Positions 37,947-47,613 are shown, counted from the stretch's first letter. The stretch: DNA of 62,128 nt from an uncultured Bacillota bacterium (GCA_946626905.1 CAMOVA010000002.1:1-62128); one strand, 5' to 3'. The notes: generated from the sequence alone by a model not told the origin. Numbers and translations: made by a program.

Positions 37947-39551
37947 ACTTATTAATTTAGCATGTATTACAAGTCTTTTTTTAGAACTCTTATAACATGT
38001 TGATAATGTTAATATTTTATCGTTTGTATTAACATTAACACCAAAATCATAAATACTTCTTTTTTTGATTTTTGTTAAGAAATTCATATATTTAGTATCA
38101 TTATTAAATCTTGTATTAATATAATCATTTGTATTATTTATGGTATAAATAGAGAATATTTTCCATGTATGATTTTTATTAGTGTTAAATACTATAGTTT
38201 GATTTTTAGGATTTTTATACCATGCTTTATTTAATACCTTATGTAATGAACCAAACATAACATAATAGTTACCTGAATGTCCATAAAGCACTGTGTTTTG
38301 ATCTAAATTATTTGGATGATTTTTAAAATCCATAAAAATCCATCCATTTAAATTTGTTGAACCATCAAAACTTTTTGTTAAGTATTTATTGTTGTTGTTT
38401 GATTGAACAACAGGATAATGAATAGAAGTATTATTGATTGATAACCAACCAACTGTATCTTTATTTATTTTCTTTAATTCACTTAGTGCTTTTGAATAGT
38501 TTTTAAAATATGCACTTGTTTTTTTAGGCTTTTCTGTTTTTATATCATTAACTGGTTCTTGTTTTTTATCTTTATTTTTATTTGCTTCTTGTTCAACATT
38601 ATTAATGATTTCTTTTATTTCATCATTAGTATGCATTATTTCATTTGTTTTATTTTGATTTATGAAATATAAAAGTATAAAGATAGAACTTGTTATAAAG
38701 ATAATAGCTAAAAGATTTGTTTTAAGAAAATTTAAATTTAATTCTTTAAATAGATTCTTTTTAATATATTTATCTTCATATATAATTTTAAGTTTTATTT
38801 TATTCTTCTTTAGAAGTCTTTTGTTTCTGTTTTTAATAGATGAGAATGTTTTTAATATTTTTTTAATGTTATTGTCATTTTCATATATTGTAATTATGAT
38901 ATGTCTTTTTTGATATTTAGCAAGTAATTGTAATAATTTATTTAATTGTTTTGCTTCAAAATATTTTATATCAACTGTTTTTAAAGATCTATTTATCTTT
39001 AAAAAATATTCTATATTATCGAAGTCATCCTCAGAACTATTTCTTGTTATTGTTAAGTTTTTAGCATAATAGATATCTGATTGAGAAAATATTTCATTAG
39101 ATTCATATAAATAACTACCACGGAATTCTTGTTTTCTAGTTATTATATTTATTTTTCTAGATAGATTTAATCTATCAAATGTTTCAAAACTAACATCATA
39201 ACAATTTATTGTTTTTATGTTTTTATTTGTTAATAGAAATTTAAAAACATCTGTATCTATTTTTTTGTTTTCATTTATATAAATATAATTGATTGTTGAA
39301 ATATTATTAATAAGTTTAAAGGCTAGGGGACTTATATTAACTTTATCGATGAAAACTTTAGTTAGATTATCTTTTAATATTTTATTTTTTACAAAGTTAT
39401 AAATAAAATTATAGTTTTCACTTATAAATGAATCACTAAGTACTAATTCACTTAAATCTAAGACGTTGGTCCTAGAGTATTCTGCAATTTTATATTCTGA
39501 ATAATCAAAAAATTGAATGTATTCATCATTGAATCTAATTAATGTTTTCAT
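37944..39551 (-). CDS. Class B sortase with a ~290-aa N-terminal cytoplasmic LRR-like domain
   Basis: C-terminal ~230 aa carry DTVGWLSINNTSIHYPVVQ, VLYGHS and LTLSTC (catalytic Cys). A single TM helix (LLAIIFITSSIFILLYFI) follows K-rich sequence. I chose the start at ATG 39551 because it follows AGGAAGTGGG. The ORF-track start at 39674 would run through the divergent promoter. Confidence 0.75.
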   Translation of the reverse strand: MKTLIRFNDEYIQFFDYSEYKIAEYSRTNVLDLSELVLSDSFISENYNFIYNFVKNKILKDNLTKVFIDKVNISPLAFKLINNISTINYIYINENKKIDTDVFKFLLTNKNIKTINCYDVSFETFDRLNLSRKINIITRKQEFRGSYLYESNEIFSQSDIYYAKNLTITRNSSEDDFDNIEYFLKINRSLKTVDIKYFEAKQLNKLLQLLAKYQKRHIIITIYENDNNIKKILKTFSSIKNRNKRLLKKNKIKLKIIYEDKYIKKNLFKELNLNFLKTNLLAIIFITSSIFILLYFINQNKTNEIMHTNDEIKEIINNVEQEANKNKDKKQEPVNDIKTEKPKKTSAYFKNYSKALSELKKINKDTVGWLSINNTSIHYPVVQSNNNNKYLTKSFDGSTNLNGWIFMDFKNHPNNLDQNTVLYGHSGNYYVMFGSLHKVLNKAWYKNPKNQTIVFNTNKNHTWKIFSIYTINNTNDYINTRFNNDTKYMNFLTKIKKRSIYDFGVNVNTNDKILTLSTCYKSSKKRLVIHAKLIS

Positions 39552-39615
39552 AGCCCACTTCCTATTATCTTCTAATAATATATCATATTTATTTGCTTGT
39601 TGTAAATAGCAATAA

Positions 39616-39643
39616 ATTTTATTGAAATTGAATATATTGTCAA
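39616..39643 (-). promoter_or_regulatory. Candidate promoter of the sortase gene
   Basis: On the minus strand: TTGACA (39643-39638), 16-nt spacer, TAAAAT (39621-39616). Confidence 0.4.
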
Positions 39644-39667
39644 AAAGTGTAAATAATAATAATATGG

Positions 39668-39696
39668 TTGACAATTTATGACATTTTTTATATAAT
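39668..39696 (+). promoter_or_regulatory. Consensus SigA promoter of the NPKTG-protein gene
   Basis: TTGACA (39668-39673), 17-nt spacer, TATAAT (39691-39696). Confidence 0.6.
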
Positions 39697-39721
39697 TTAC
39701 TTAATGATAGGAGGATGTTTT

Positions 39722-40621
39722 ATGAAGAAAGGATTAAAAAAATTATCAGGTTTAATATTAACACTAGTATTAGTATTAACAAGTTTTGTAAATGTATTGG
39801 CATATGATGATACAAATGTAGAGTTAAGAAGTGAAATAAACTTAAATTATTTATTTAGCGCTGCAAAACCATATATTTCTTTAGTAGGAGAATTAAAGAA
39901 TGATAACGCTAAATTATATCAACAAGTTATTGAAGTATCAAAAACAGAATTTGATACTATCAATAATAGATTAAAAGATTTAGAGAATTATAAAAATAGT
40001 ATTCCTGGAGGAATAGAAGCTGCTACTGATGAACAAAAAGCAGAAATTAATAGATTATCAGATTTAGTAACACAAGCTTATCCAGCATTTGATGATACAA
40101 AATGGAGTGAAGTATCATTAACTGAAAAGACAGATACTGAATATAGATATGGAATACAACCTCCAACTAAATATGATTATTTTGTTGTTTGGGCTAAAGT
40201 AGAATTAAATGGTAAAAAATATTATCAAAGAGATATTGATTGTATTACTACAGTAGCTAAGCCACCTTGTTCAACTATTAATGGTAAATTCTATGATAAA
40301 GAAGGTAAAGAAACAACAGAAGAAAACTATAATAAAATATGTAAACCTGTATGTGAAGTAGTAGATGGTAAATATTATAATGACAAAGGTATTGAAGTAG
40401 ATGAAGCTACTTACAAGAAAGCTTGTTTACCAATATGTACTATTGAAGGTGGAAAATATTACGATAATAATGGTAACGAAGTAAGCAAAGCACAATATGA
40501 AAAAATGTGTTCAAATCCAAAAACAGGTAACCAAATGTATTATGCATATGGTATTACTACAATTGGAGTAGCATTTGTACTTTACATGTTTACAAGAAAA
40601 GTAAGAAAATTTAGTAGATAA
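39722..40621 (+). CDS. Cell-wall-anchored surface protein with NPKTG (sortase B-type) sorting signal
   Basis: Signal peptide MKKGLKKLSGLILTLVLVLTSFVNVLA. C-terminal NPKTG (40514-40528), then a hydrophobic helix and a basic tail (RKVRKFSR). Confidence 0.75.
   Translation: MKKGLKKLSGLILTLVLVLTSFVNVLAYDDTNVELRSEINLNYLFSAAKPYISLVGELKNDNAKLYQQVIEVSKTEFDTINNRLKDLENYKNSIPGGIEAATDEQKAEINRLSDLVTQAYPAFDDTKWSEVSLTEKTDTEYRYGIQPPTKYDYFVVWAKVELNGKKYYQRDIDCITTVAKPPCSTINGKFYDKEGKETTEENYNKICKPVCEVVDGKYYNDKGIEVDEATYKKACLPICTIEGGKYYDNNGNEVSKAQYEKMCSNPKTGNQMYYAYGITTIGVAFVLYMFTRKVRKFSR
40268..40519 (+). repeat. Three tandem 28-aa two-cysteine coding repeats within the NPKTG protein
   Basis: The three units are CSTINGKFYDKEGKETTEENYNKICKPV, CEVVDGKYYNDKGIEVDEATYKKACLPI and CTIEGGKYYDNNGNEVSKAQYEKMCSNP. 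Confidence 0.75.
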
Positions 40622-40645
40622 AAATCACTTTTGTGATTTTTTTTC
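40621..40645 (+). terminator. Rho-independent terminator
   Basis: Stem AAAATCAC/GTGATTTT followed by a T-run. Confidence 0.6.
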
Positions 40646-40689
40646 TTTTAAGATTACGCAATTAATGGTATAATTAATATGGTGATTAT

Positions 40690-41418
40690 ATGTTCACATA
40701 CGATGATATTAATATTAATTATGTAAGATATGGAAAAAAAACAGGTAAGACTTTAGTTTTTTTACACGGATGGGGTCAAAATATAGAAATGATGAAATCT
40801 GTCGCAGATCCATTTAGTGAGAGTAATGATATTGTTATAATTGATTTACCAGGACATGGTGATAGTGATGAACCTAAAAGAGTATATACTGTATATGATT
40901 TTGTTGATTGTGTACATAGTTTATTAGAATCATTAAAAATAACTAAGCCTATACTAATTGGTCATTCTTTTGGAGGTAAAACAAGTTTACTTTATGCATC
41001 TATTTATGATGTTGAAAAATTAGTTTTATTTGCTCCATCTTATAAACGTGAAATAGAAAAGATTTCTTTGAAAACTAAGTTATTAAAAAGTGCGAAAAAA
41101 GTACCTGGATTAAATAAATTAGAAGACTTTGCTAAAAAACATATTGGATCAACTGATTATAGAAATGCTAGTCCAATTATGAGACAAATTTTAGTTGAAA
41201 GTGTTAATTTTGATATAAGAGATCAAGTTACTAAAATTAAATGTCCAACATTACTTATATGGGGTACTAATGATCAAGCTGTTGATGTAAGTGGTGCTTA
41301 TGAATTAGAAAGTTTAATTAAGGATGCTGGGGTAGTAATTTATGATAATTGTACTCATTATGCTTATTTAGAAAGACTTGGACAAACTATAAATGTCTTA
41401 AGAAGTTTTATAGGTTAG
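40690..41418 (+). CDS. Alpha/beta-fold hydrolase
   Basis: HGWG oxyanion region and GHSFGG nucleophile elbow, with a C-terminal His in CTHYAY. Confidence 0.7.
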   Translation: MFTYDDININYVRYGKKTGKTLVFLHGWGQNIEMMKSVADPFSESNDIVIIDLPGHGDSDEPKRVYTVYDFVDCVHSLLESLKITKPILIGHSFGGKTSLLYASIYDVEKLVLFAPSYKREIEKISLKTKLLKSAKKVPGLNKLEDFAKKHIGSTDYRNASPIMRQILVESVNFDIRDQVTKIKCPTLLIWGTNDQAVDVSGAYELESLIKDAGVVIYDNCTHYAYLERLGQTINVLRSFIG

Positions 41419-41428
41419 GAGAGATTTT

Positions 41429-43006
41429 ATGTTAATTAAGTTTTTAATTTCATTGTTAGTAATTGTTCCATATGTATTTTTTAAATCAAAAAAATCATTA
41501 CATATGCTTCAACAAAACTGGTATAATGAAGGAAATCGTTATTTAAAATGGATTAAAAATAATTTAAAAATCGTATTTTGTACAGTAGATTCATTATTTA
41601 TAATTTTTTCTATAGGACTTATATGCAATTATAAAATATTGATGACTGTTGTAGTAGTTTTCTATACTTTATGTGCATTAGTATATTTAAATAATTCTAA
41701 GAAACAAAAAGTAGTAAAACCATTAGTGTTTACAAAAAGAGTAAAAAGATTATTGTTTACAACATATCTTTTATATATCTTATGTATTTTAATTTGTAGC
41801 TTATTATTCAAAGAAAAAAATATAACATTATATTATTTGCTAGTAGGTTTACTAATATATTTAAATTACTTTGTTGTATTTGTGGCTAATATAGTAAATA
41901 GACCTGTTGAAAAGTTTATTAATTATAGATTTAAAAGAAAAGCTCTAAACAAATTAAAAAGTATGTCAAATATGAAAGTTATAGGTATTACTGGTAGTTA
42001 TGGAAAAACTAGTAGTAAAAATATTTTGAATGATGTTTTAAATATTAAATATAATTCTTTCGCAACTCCTAAGAATTTTAATACACCTTTAGGTTTAATT
42101 ATTTCAATTAATAATTATTTAGATAAATTTAATGATTTATTTATTGCTGAAATGGGTGCATTTAAACGTGGAGAAATAAAAGAGTTATGTGATTTAGTGA
42201 AACCAACATATGGAATTCTTACTAAAATAGGAGTAGCACATTTAGAAAGTTTTGGATCACAAGAAAATATACAAAAAGGTAAATTTGAACTTATAGAATC
42301 ATTACCAAGTGATGGTATAGGAGTATTAAATTTTGATGATCCATTGCAAGTTTCTTATAATTTAAAAAATGATTGTAAGATAGTTACAGTTGGTATTGAT
42401 AATAAAGATGTAGACTTTAGAGCTACTAATATAAAATTAACAAGTGAAGGAACATCTTTTGATTTAGTTTTAAAAGGATCAACAAAAAAGACTAAATTTG
42501 AAACTAAATTATTAGGTAAAGCTAACATATATAATATTCTTGCAGCTATAGCGCTTGGTTATAATTTAGGAATTGATTTAGATAAGCTTAAATTAGCTGT
42601 TAAGAAAGTAAAACCAGTTGAACACAGGTTAGAACTTAAAAAAATGGGCACAATAAATATAATTGATGATGCTTATAATGCTAATCCTGATGGTACTAAA
42701 ATGGCTTTAGATGTTTTATATCAAATGCCTGGTAAAAAAATAGTTATTTCTTCTGGTATGATTGAATTAGGAGAAGAATCCGATAGACTTAATAAAGAAC
42801 TTGGTGAATATATGAAAGATTGCGATGAAGTTATTTTATTAGGTAAAACAATGTCAAAACCTGTTTATGAAGGTTTAATGAATGTTAATTATAAAAAAGA
42901 AAATATTCATATGCTTGATAATATAGAACAAGCAATAAAATTGATAAATAAAGAGAATGGTGCTTATGTATTAATACAAAGTGACCTTCCAGATATTTTT
43001 AGTTAA
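41429..43006 (+). CDS. murF: MurF-type Mur ligase with a polytopic membrane N-terminal region
   Basis: GITGSYGKTSSKN P-loop and DDAYNANPDGTKMALDVL, typical of MurF. ddl is adjacent. The first ~165 aa are 4-5 hydrophobic helices instead of the usual soluble domain 1. Confidence 0.75.
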   Translation: MLIKFLISLLVIVPYVFFKSKKSLHMLQQNWYNEGNRYLKWIKNNLKIVFCTVDSLFIIFSIGLICNYKILMTVVVVFYTLCALVYLNNSKKQKVVKPLVFTKRVKRLLFTTYLLYILCILICSLLFKEKNITLYYLLVGLLIYLNYFVVFVANIVNRPVEKFINYRFKRKALNKLKSMSNMKVIGITGSYGKTSSKNILNDVLNIKYNSFATPKNFNTPLGLIISINNYLDKFNDLFIAEMGAFKRGEIKELCDLVKPTYGILTKIGVAHLESFGSQENIQKGKFELIESLPSDGIGVLNFDDPLQVSYNLKNDCKIVTVGIDNKDVDFRATNIKLTSEGTSFDLVLKGSTKKTKFETKLLGKANIYNILAAIALGYNLGIDLDKLKLAVKKVKPVEHRLELKKMGTINIIDDAYNANPDGTKMALDVLYQMPGKKIVISSGMIELGEESDRLNKELGEYMKDCDEVILLGKTMSKPVYEGLMNVNYKKENIHMLDNIEQAIKLINKENGAYVLIQSDLPDIFS

Positions 43007-43019
43007 AGTAGGTGTAAAT

Positions 43020-44222
43020 ATGAAAATAAAAGTTGGTGTAATTTTTGGAGGAAGTTCAGTAGAACATGAAATTAGTATAATAACAGCTGTACAAGCTATG
43101 AGTTATATGAATAAAGATAAATATGAAATAGTTCCTATTTATATAACAAAAAATAGAACTTGGTATACTGGAAAAATGTTAACAGATATGGAAAGTTTTA
43201 AAGATATGGATTTAATTAAACGTTATTGTAAACCAGTAACATTAGTTAATATAGATGGAACTTTTGCTCTTCAAGCTACAAAAGGATTATTTAGAAAAGT
43301 GGTTAATACAATAGATATTGCTTTCCCAATAGTTCATGGTAAGGGAGTAGAAGATGGATCATTACAAGGGTATATTGAAAGTGTAGGAGTACCTTCTGTT
43401 GGACCATCTATACTAGGTGCTGCTGTAGGTCAAGATAAAGTTGTTATGAAACAAATTTTAGATTCTCATGGAATAGCAAATCCAGCATATACATGGTTCT
43501 ATGATTCTGAATATATGGAAGATGAAAATAAAGTTATAAAAGAAATAGAAAAATTAAAATATCCAGTTATTGTTAAACCTGCACGTTTAGGTAGTAGTAT
43601 AGGTATTAAAATAGCAAATAATAGAGATGAACTTATAGTTTCTATTGAAGATGCTATTAAATATGATGACAAGATATTAGTAGAAGAAGTAATTAAAGAT
43701 TTAAAAGAAGTAAACTGTGCTGTTGTTGGTAATAATACATACCAAGAAACAAGTTTAATAGCTTTAATGAAAACAAAAAATGACTTTTTAACATTTGAAG
43801 ATAAATACTTAAGTGGTGGAGGTAAGAAAGGTATCAAAGGTAAAGGTGTTAAAGGAGCAAGTGGAAATATGTCTACTAGCGAATTTGATATACCTGCAAA
43901 ATTACCAAAATCAGTAGAAGAAGAAGTAAAAAAATTATCTATAGATACATTTAAAGCACTTAATTTAAGTGGTGTAGCTCGTATAGATTTCCTAGTTGAT
44001 GGTAAAAAGAATAAAGTATATGTAAATGAACCAAATACAATTCCAGGAAGTTTATCATTCTACTTATTTAAACCAGCAGGGAAAGATTATACTACATTAT
44101 TAGATGAAATGATTACAACAGCTATTAAGGATTATAAAAATAATAGTAAAAAAATAACTTCATTTGAATCTAATATTTTAAGTACTTATAATGGTTCTAA
44201 AGGTGTTAAAGGGAAAATATAA
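43020..44222 (+). CDS. ddl: D-alanine--D-alanine ligase (long form)
   Basis: MKIKVGVIFGGSSVEHEISI and the ATP-grasp core NEPNTIPG. Tyr is retained in FEDKYLS. There is a G/K-rich insertion after it. Confidence 0.85.
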   Translation: MKIKVGVIFGGSSVEHEISIITAVQAMSYMNKDKYEIVPIYITKNRTWYTGKMLTDMESFKDMDLIKRYCKPVTLVNIDGTFALQATKGLFRKVVNTIDIAFPIVHGKGVEDGSLQGYIESVGVPSVGPSILGAAVGQDKVVMKQILDSHGIANPAYTWFYDSEYMEDENKVIKEIEKLKYPVIVKPARLGSSIGIKIANNRDELIVSIEDAIKYDDKILVEEVIKDLKEVNCAVVGNNTYQETSLIALMKTKNDFLTFEDKYLSGGGKKGIKGKGVKGASGNMSTSEFDIPAKLPKSVEEEVKKLSIDTFKALNLSGVARIDFLVDGKKNKVYVNEPNTIPGSLSFYLFKPAGKDYTTLLDEMITTAIKDYKNNSKKITSFESNILSTYNGSKGVKGKI

Positions 44223-44256
44223 TTAGTGTGAATATTTCTAGCTAGAGAGGGTTAAT

Positions 44257-44808
44257 ATGGAAAAGAATATAAAAAAAATCTTATATTTAACATGCTTATC
44301 TAGTCTATTAATAACAGGTTGTAAAAAGAAGCACGTTGAAAAACAAACAAAAGTAGTAAAACAAACCATGAAAACATATTCAGATATAAATGAAACAGTA
44401 AAAAACATAATGCTTGATTATGTTGATCAGTGTGGGAATATTTATTCATATAATGATTTTGCAGTAGATAAATTTTATGATGTAGATTATCTATATAAAA
44501 AAGATAATAAATATATTTATGATTATCATTTAGATAATGTTCCTGGTTACGAACATATTAAAAATGATGATATATATATGTATGTTATTAAAGTAGAAAT
44601 CGATGATGTTTATGTTCCAGTAGCTGGTGTAGTTAATATTGATAATAATTATTATGATGTATTTATTAATACTTATGAACATATTGATCATAATGAAGAA
44701 AAAGATTATGTCAGAATTCAATATATAGATGAAGATGTTATAAATGATTTGGAAGAGGCTTCTTTAAATAAACAATCAAAAACAATTGTAAAGAAAAAAA
44801 CCTATTAA
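44257..44808 (+). CDS. Lipoprotein, unknown function
   Basis: Lipobox LLITGC after a signal sequence. Confidence 0.6.
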   Translation: MEKNIKKILYLTCLSSLLITGCKKKHVEKQTKVVKQTMKTYSDINETVKNIMLDYVDQCGNIYSYNDFAVDKFYDVDYLYKKDNKYIYDYHLDNVPGYEHIKNDDIYMYVIKVEIDDVYVPVAGVVNIDNNYYDVFINTYEHIDHNEEKDYVRIQYIDEDVINDLEEASLNKQSKTIVKKKTY

Positions 44809-44816
44809 GGTTTTTT

Positions 44817-44966
44817 TTAATTTCTATCCCAAGCTCTTGCTCCAATTATAATAACTAATAAAATAAATAGTACTAAAATTACAGCTGCGCCATATCCGGT
44901 ACCATATCCAGCACCACCACATGGATTTCCACAACCATAACCTTGGTATCCACCATAATAATACAT
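44817..44966 (-). CDS. YjcZ-family small sporulation protein (49 aa, absent from the ORF track)
   Basis: Hand translation gives MYYYGGYQGYGCGNPCGGAGYGTGYGAAVILVLFILLVIIIGARAWDRN. RBS AGGAGGGA lies upstream. Confidence 0.6.
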   Translation of the reverse strand: MYYYGGYQGYGCGNPCGGAGYGTGYGAAVILVLFILLVIIIGARAWDRN

Positions 44967-45075
44967 GAAAATCCCTCCTATTCTTTCTAATATATTCTAC
45001 TCACAAACTTGTATTTTGTTACATTAGTAATTGTGAAAAAAATGATTATATGATAGAATTATAATAGGTGATAGC

Positions 45076-46233
45076 ATGATGAAGTTAAATAAAGCATTAA
45101 GATATTCAGATAAAGTTTTATTAATAAGTACAGCTTTATTATTTGTGTTTGGTCTTTTAAATATTGTTTCGGCTTCATCACAAACAGCTGTTATAAAGTA
45201 TAATTCTACTTTATATAGTTACTTTTATAGACAATTAATAACAATAGTTTTAGGAGTAGTATTAGGAATATTTATAATTAAGACTCCCACAAAATCTTAT
45301 TCATTTTTTGGCGTAGTATTTTATTTATTAATTCTTATGTTATCGTTAATGGTTTCTTTTTCAAGTTTAGGGGCCACTTATTCAGGAAATAATAACTGGA
45401 TTAATATTAAGGGATTTACTTTTCAACCAAGTGAATTTGCGAAATTAGCAATGATTGTTTGTGTTTCAGTATTAATAGATAAATACTATACAGCGCTTTT
45501 ATCTAATAAAGTAAGTGATAATGAAAAAGTAACAATAACTGTTAAAATATTATTCGCTGGGGCATTATTTCCACTAATAATTCTATTACAAAGAGATTTA
45601 GGAACAATGATTATTATTACTACAATATTTGTTGGATTATTCTTAACAAGTCCAATACCAATGCATTTAAAGATGAGAGCAGGAATGGTATGTGGAATTC
45701 TAGCTCTATTTGCTTTTTTCTTTTATTCGTCAAAAGGATCTGTTTTATCAAATGCTCAATCAAGTCGTTTAGATTTCTTTAATCCATGTGAAAAATATGA
45801 AGCAGGTGGATATCAAATATGTAATGGATTTATTGCGATAAATTCAGGTGGACTTCTTGGTAATGGAATAGGTAAAAGTAAACAAATATCATATATACCA
45901 GAGTCACATACCGATTCAGTATTTGCTATTATCGCAGAACAATATGGATTAATTGTTACAACATTGATATTTATTATATTTATTATAATTTTAAAAAGTA
46001 TTTTAAATATTGCGACAAGTTCTAAAACAATTAGAGGTAGGTATTTATGCTTAGGAGTTGCAATATATATATTCTTACATATTTTAATTAATTTAGGTGG
46101 ACTATTTGGTATTATGCCATTAACAGGAGTACCATTACCATTCTTATCATATGGTGGTTCATTTACTATTACTTTAATATGTTCATTAGCTGTTGTTCAA
46201 AGAGTAGCAATAGAAAATGCCATAAAAAAATAA
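45076..46233 (+). CDS. SEDS-family protein (RodA/FtsW/SpoVE paralog)
   Basis: Ten-TM protein with QPSEFAKLA, LQRDLGT and TGVPLPFLSYGGS. Confidence 0.8.
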   Translation: MMKLNKALRYSDKVLLISTALLFVFGLLNIVSASSQTAVIKYNSTLYSYFYRQLITIVLGVVLGIFIIKTPTKSYSFFGVVFYLLILMLSLMVSFSSLGATYSGNNNWINIKGFTFQPSEFAKLAMIVCVSVLIDKYYTALLSNKVSDNEKVTITVKILFAGALFPLIILLQRDLGTMIIITTIFVGLFLTSPIPMHLKMRAGMVCGILALFAFFFYSSKGSVLSNAQSSRLDFFNPCEKYEAGGYQICNGFIAINSGGLLGNGIGKSKQISYIPESHTDSVFAIIAEQYGLIVTTLIFIIFIIILKSILNIATSSKTIRGRYLCLGVAIYIFLHILINLGGLFGIMPLTGVPLPFLSYGGSFTITLICSLAVVQRVAIENAIKK

Positions 46234-46239
46234 GTATTA

Positions 46240-47526
46240 TTATAATACTTTTTTTATTGCTATATATTGATGATATGTAACAATTAATATACTAATGCTT
46301 GTAGAGATAATAAGACCCCATAATCCTATTTTAAGTAATGAAAATAGAAACAAAAAACTTGTTCTAAAAATCATTCCTATTATAGTACCATTCATAGCTT
46401 CTTTTGCTTTTCCTATAGCTTGTAGACTACTTGTTAATGGGGTTTGTATATATAAAACTAAACATATAGGCGCTAGAAATCTTAAATATGTAATTCCTTT
46501 AGTAGTATTATATAAAAAATTCAAGCAAAATGCAGGATTTATTTCTACAAAAATAGTAATGGGTATTCCTATTATTAGTGATAAAAAGATGGCTTGTTTA
46601 ATTTTATTTTTCGCATAAAGTATTTTATTAGAAGAATAAGCTTTACTTATAACTGGTATTAGTGCTTGTGATATAGCCATTGTGAAAAAAGAAGGTATAA
46701 GTAAAAGAGGTAAAACAAGTCCACTGATAATACCATATTCATTTATTATATATGAATTTTTATAACCAACACTGAGCAATACTGTTGTTAGAATGATTGG
46801 TTCTAAAAAGTATCCTATATTACCAATTAGTTTACTAATAATGGTAGGAACACTTATATCAAGAACACTTTTTATTGCTTGTTTTTTTGGAATAAAATCT
46901 TTTTTAGATATTTTTTTGTTAGGAAGTAAAATTATTAAAATTATAATTGATGATAATTCAGATATTATACTTATTAAAACTAAGAATGCGGTTGCAAATT
47001 CAATCCCAAGTTTTATAAAAAAAGGTAAACCGATAACTATTAATAATAATCTAATAAGATCTTCTATAATTAAAGTAGTAACATGAGGAATCATTTTTTG
47101 TTTACCAAAATAATATCCTCTTAATATGGAGGAAATTGTAACAAAAGGTAATACAAAAGCTATTCCTATAATAGCAAGATAGGTTTTAGGTTCATGTAAT
47201 AGTTTGTTGGAAATAAAAGGTGCGATTAAAAATATTATAATCATAAGTAATATATTAATTAAAATTGAAATAGGAATAACTGATAAAACAATATTTTTGT
47301 TATTATGTTTATCCTCAGAAACAAGTTTTGAAATAGCTATAGGAAATCCTAATGAAGCTATAGAAATAAGCAACATATAAGTAGGCATAATAAGCATATA
47401 AACTCCAATTCCTTTAGTTGTTAAAATTCTTGTTGTTATTATTTTAATAAGCATACCTAATACTTTAGTTATTAATCCACCAATTATTAGAATAATACTA
47501 GAAAAAATAAAAGAGTTTTTTTTCAT
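46240..47526 (-). CDS. MOP-superfamily flippase (SpoVB/MurJ-like)
   Basis: Polytopic protein with the SpoVB-like N-terminus GGLITKVLGMLIKIITTRIL. At 428 aa it is shorter than typical. Confidence 0.65.
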   Translation of the reverse strand: MKKNSFIFSSIILIIGGLITKVLGMLIKIITTRILTTKGIGVYMLIMPTYMLLISIASLGFPIAISKLVSEDKHNNKNIVLSVIPISILINILLMIIIFLIAPFISNKLLHEPKTYLAIIGIAFVLPFVTISSILRGYYFGKQKMIPHVTTLIIEDLIRLLLIVIGLPFFIKLGIEFATAFLVLISIISELSSIIILIILLPNKKISKKDFIPKKQAIKSVLDISVPTIISKLIGNIGYFLEPIILTTVLLSVGYKNSYIINEYGIISGLVLPLLLIPSFFTMAISQALIPVISKAYSSNKILYAKNKIKQAIFLSLIIGIPITIFVEINPAFCLNFLYNTTKGITYLRFLAPICLVLYIQTPLTSSLQAIGKAKEAMNGTIIGMIFRTSFLFLFSLLKIGLWGLIISTSISILIVTYHQYIAIKKVL

Positions 47527-47613
47527 ATATTTCCTCCAATGACTTTAAAAAATAAGTTTTTTAATATATAATATATATATGATACTTTGAGGTATTTTAT
47601 TAGGAGGAATTTT

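Noticed and set aside
39552-39674. Upstream 41 codons of the sortase ORF in the track, overlapping the start of the + strand gene.
   Set aside because: The extension would run through both divergent promoter elements. The ATG at 39551 has a strong RBS (AGGAAGTGGG).
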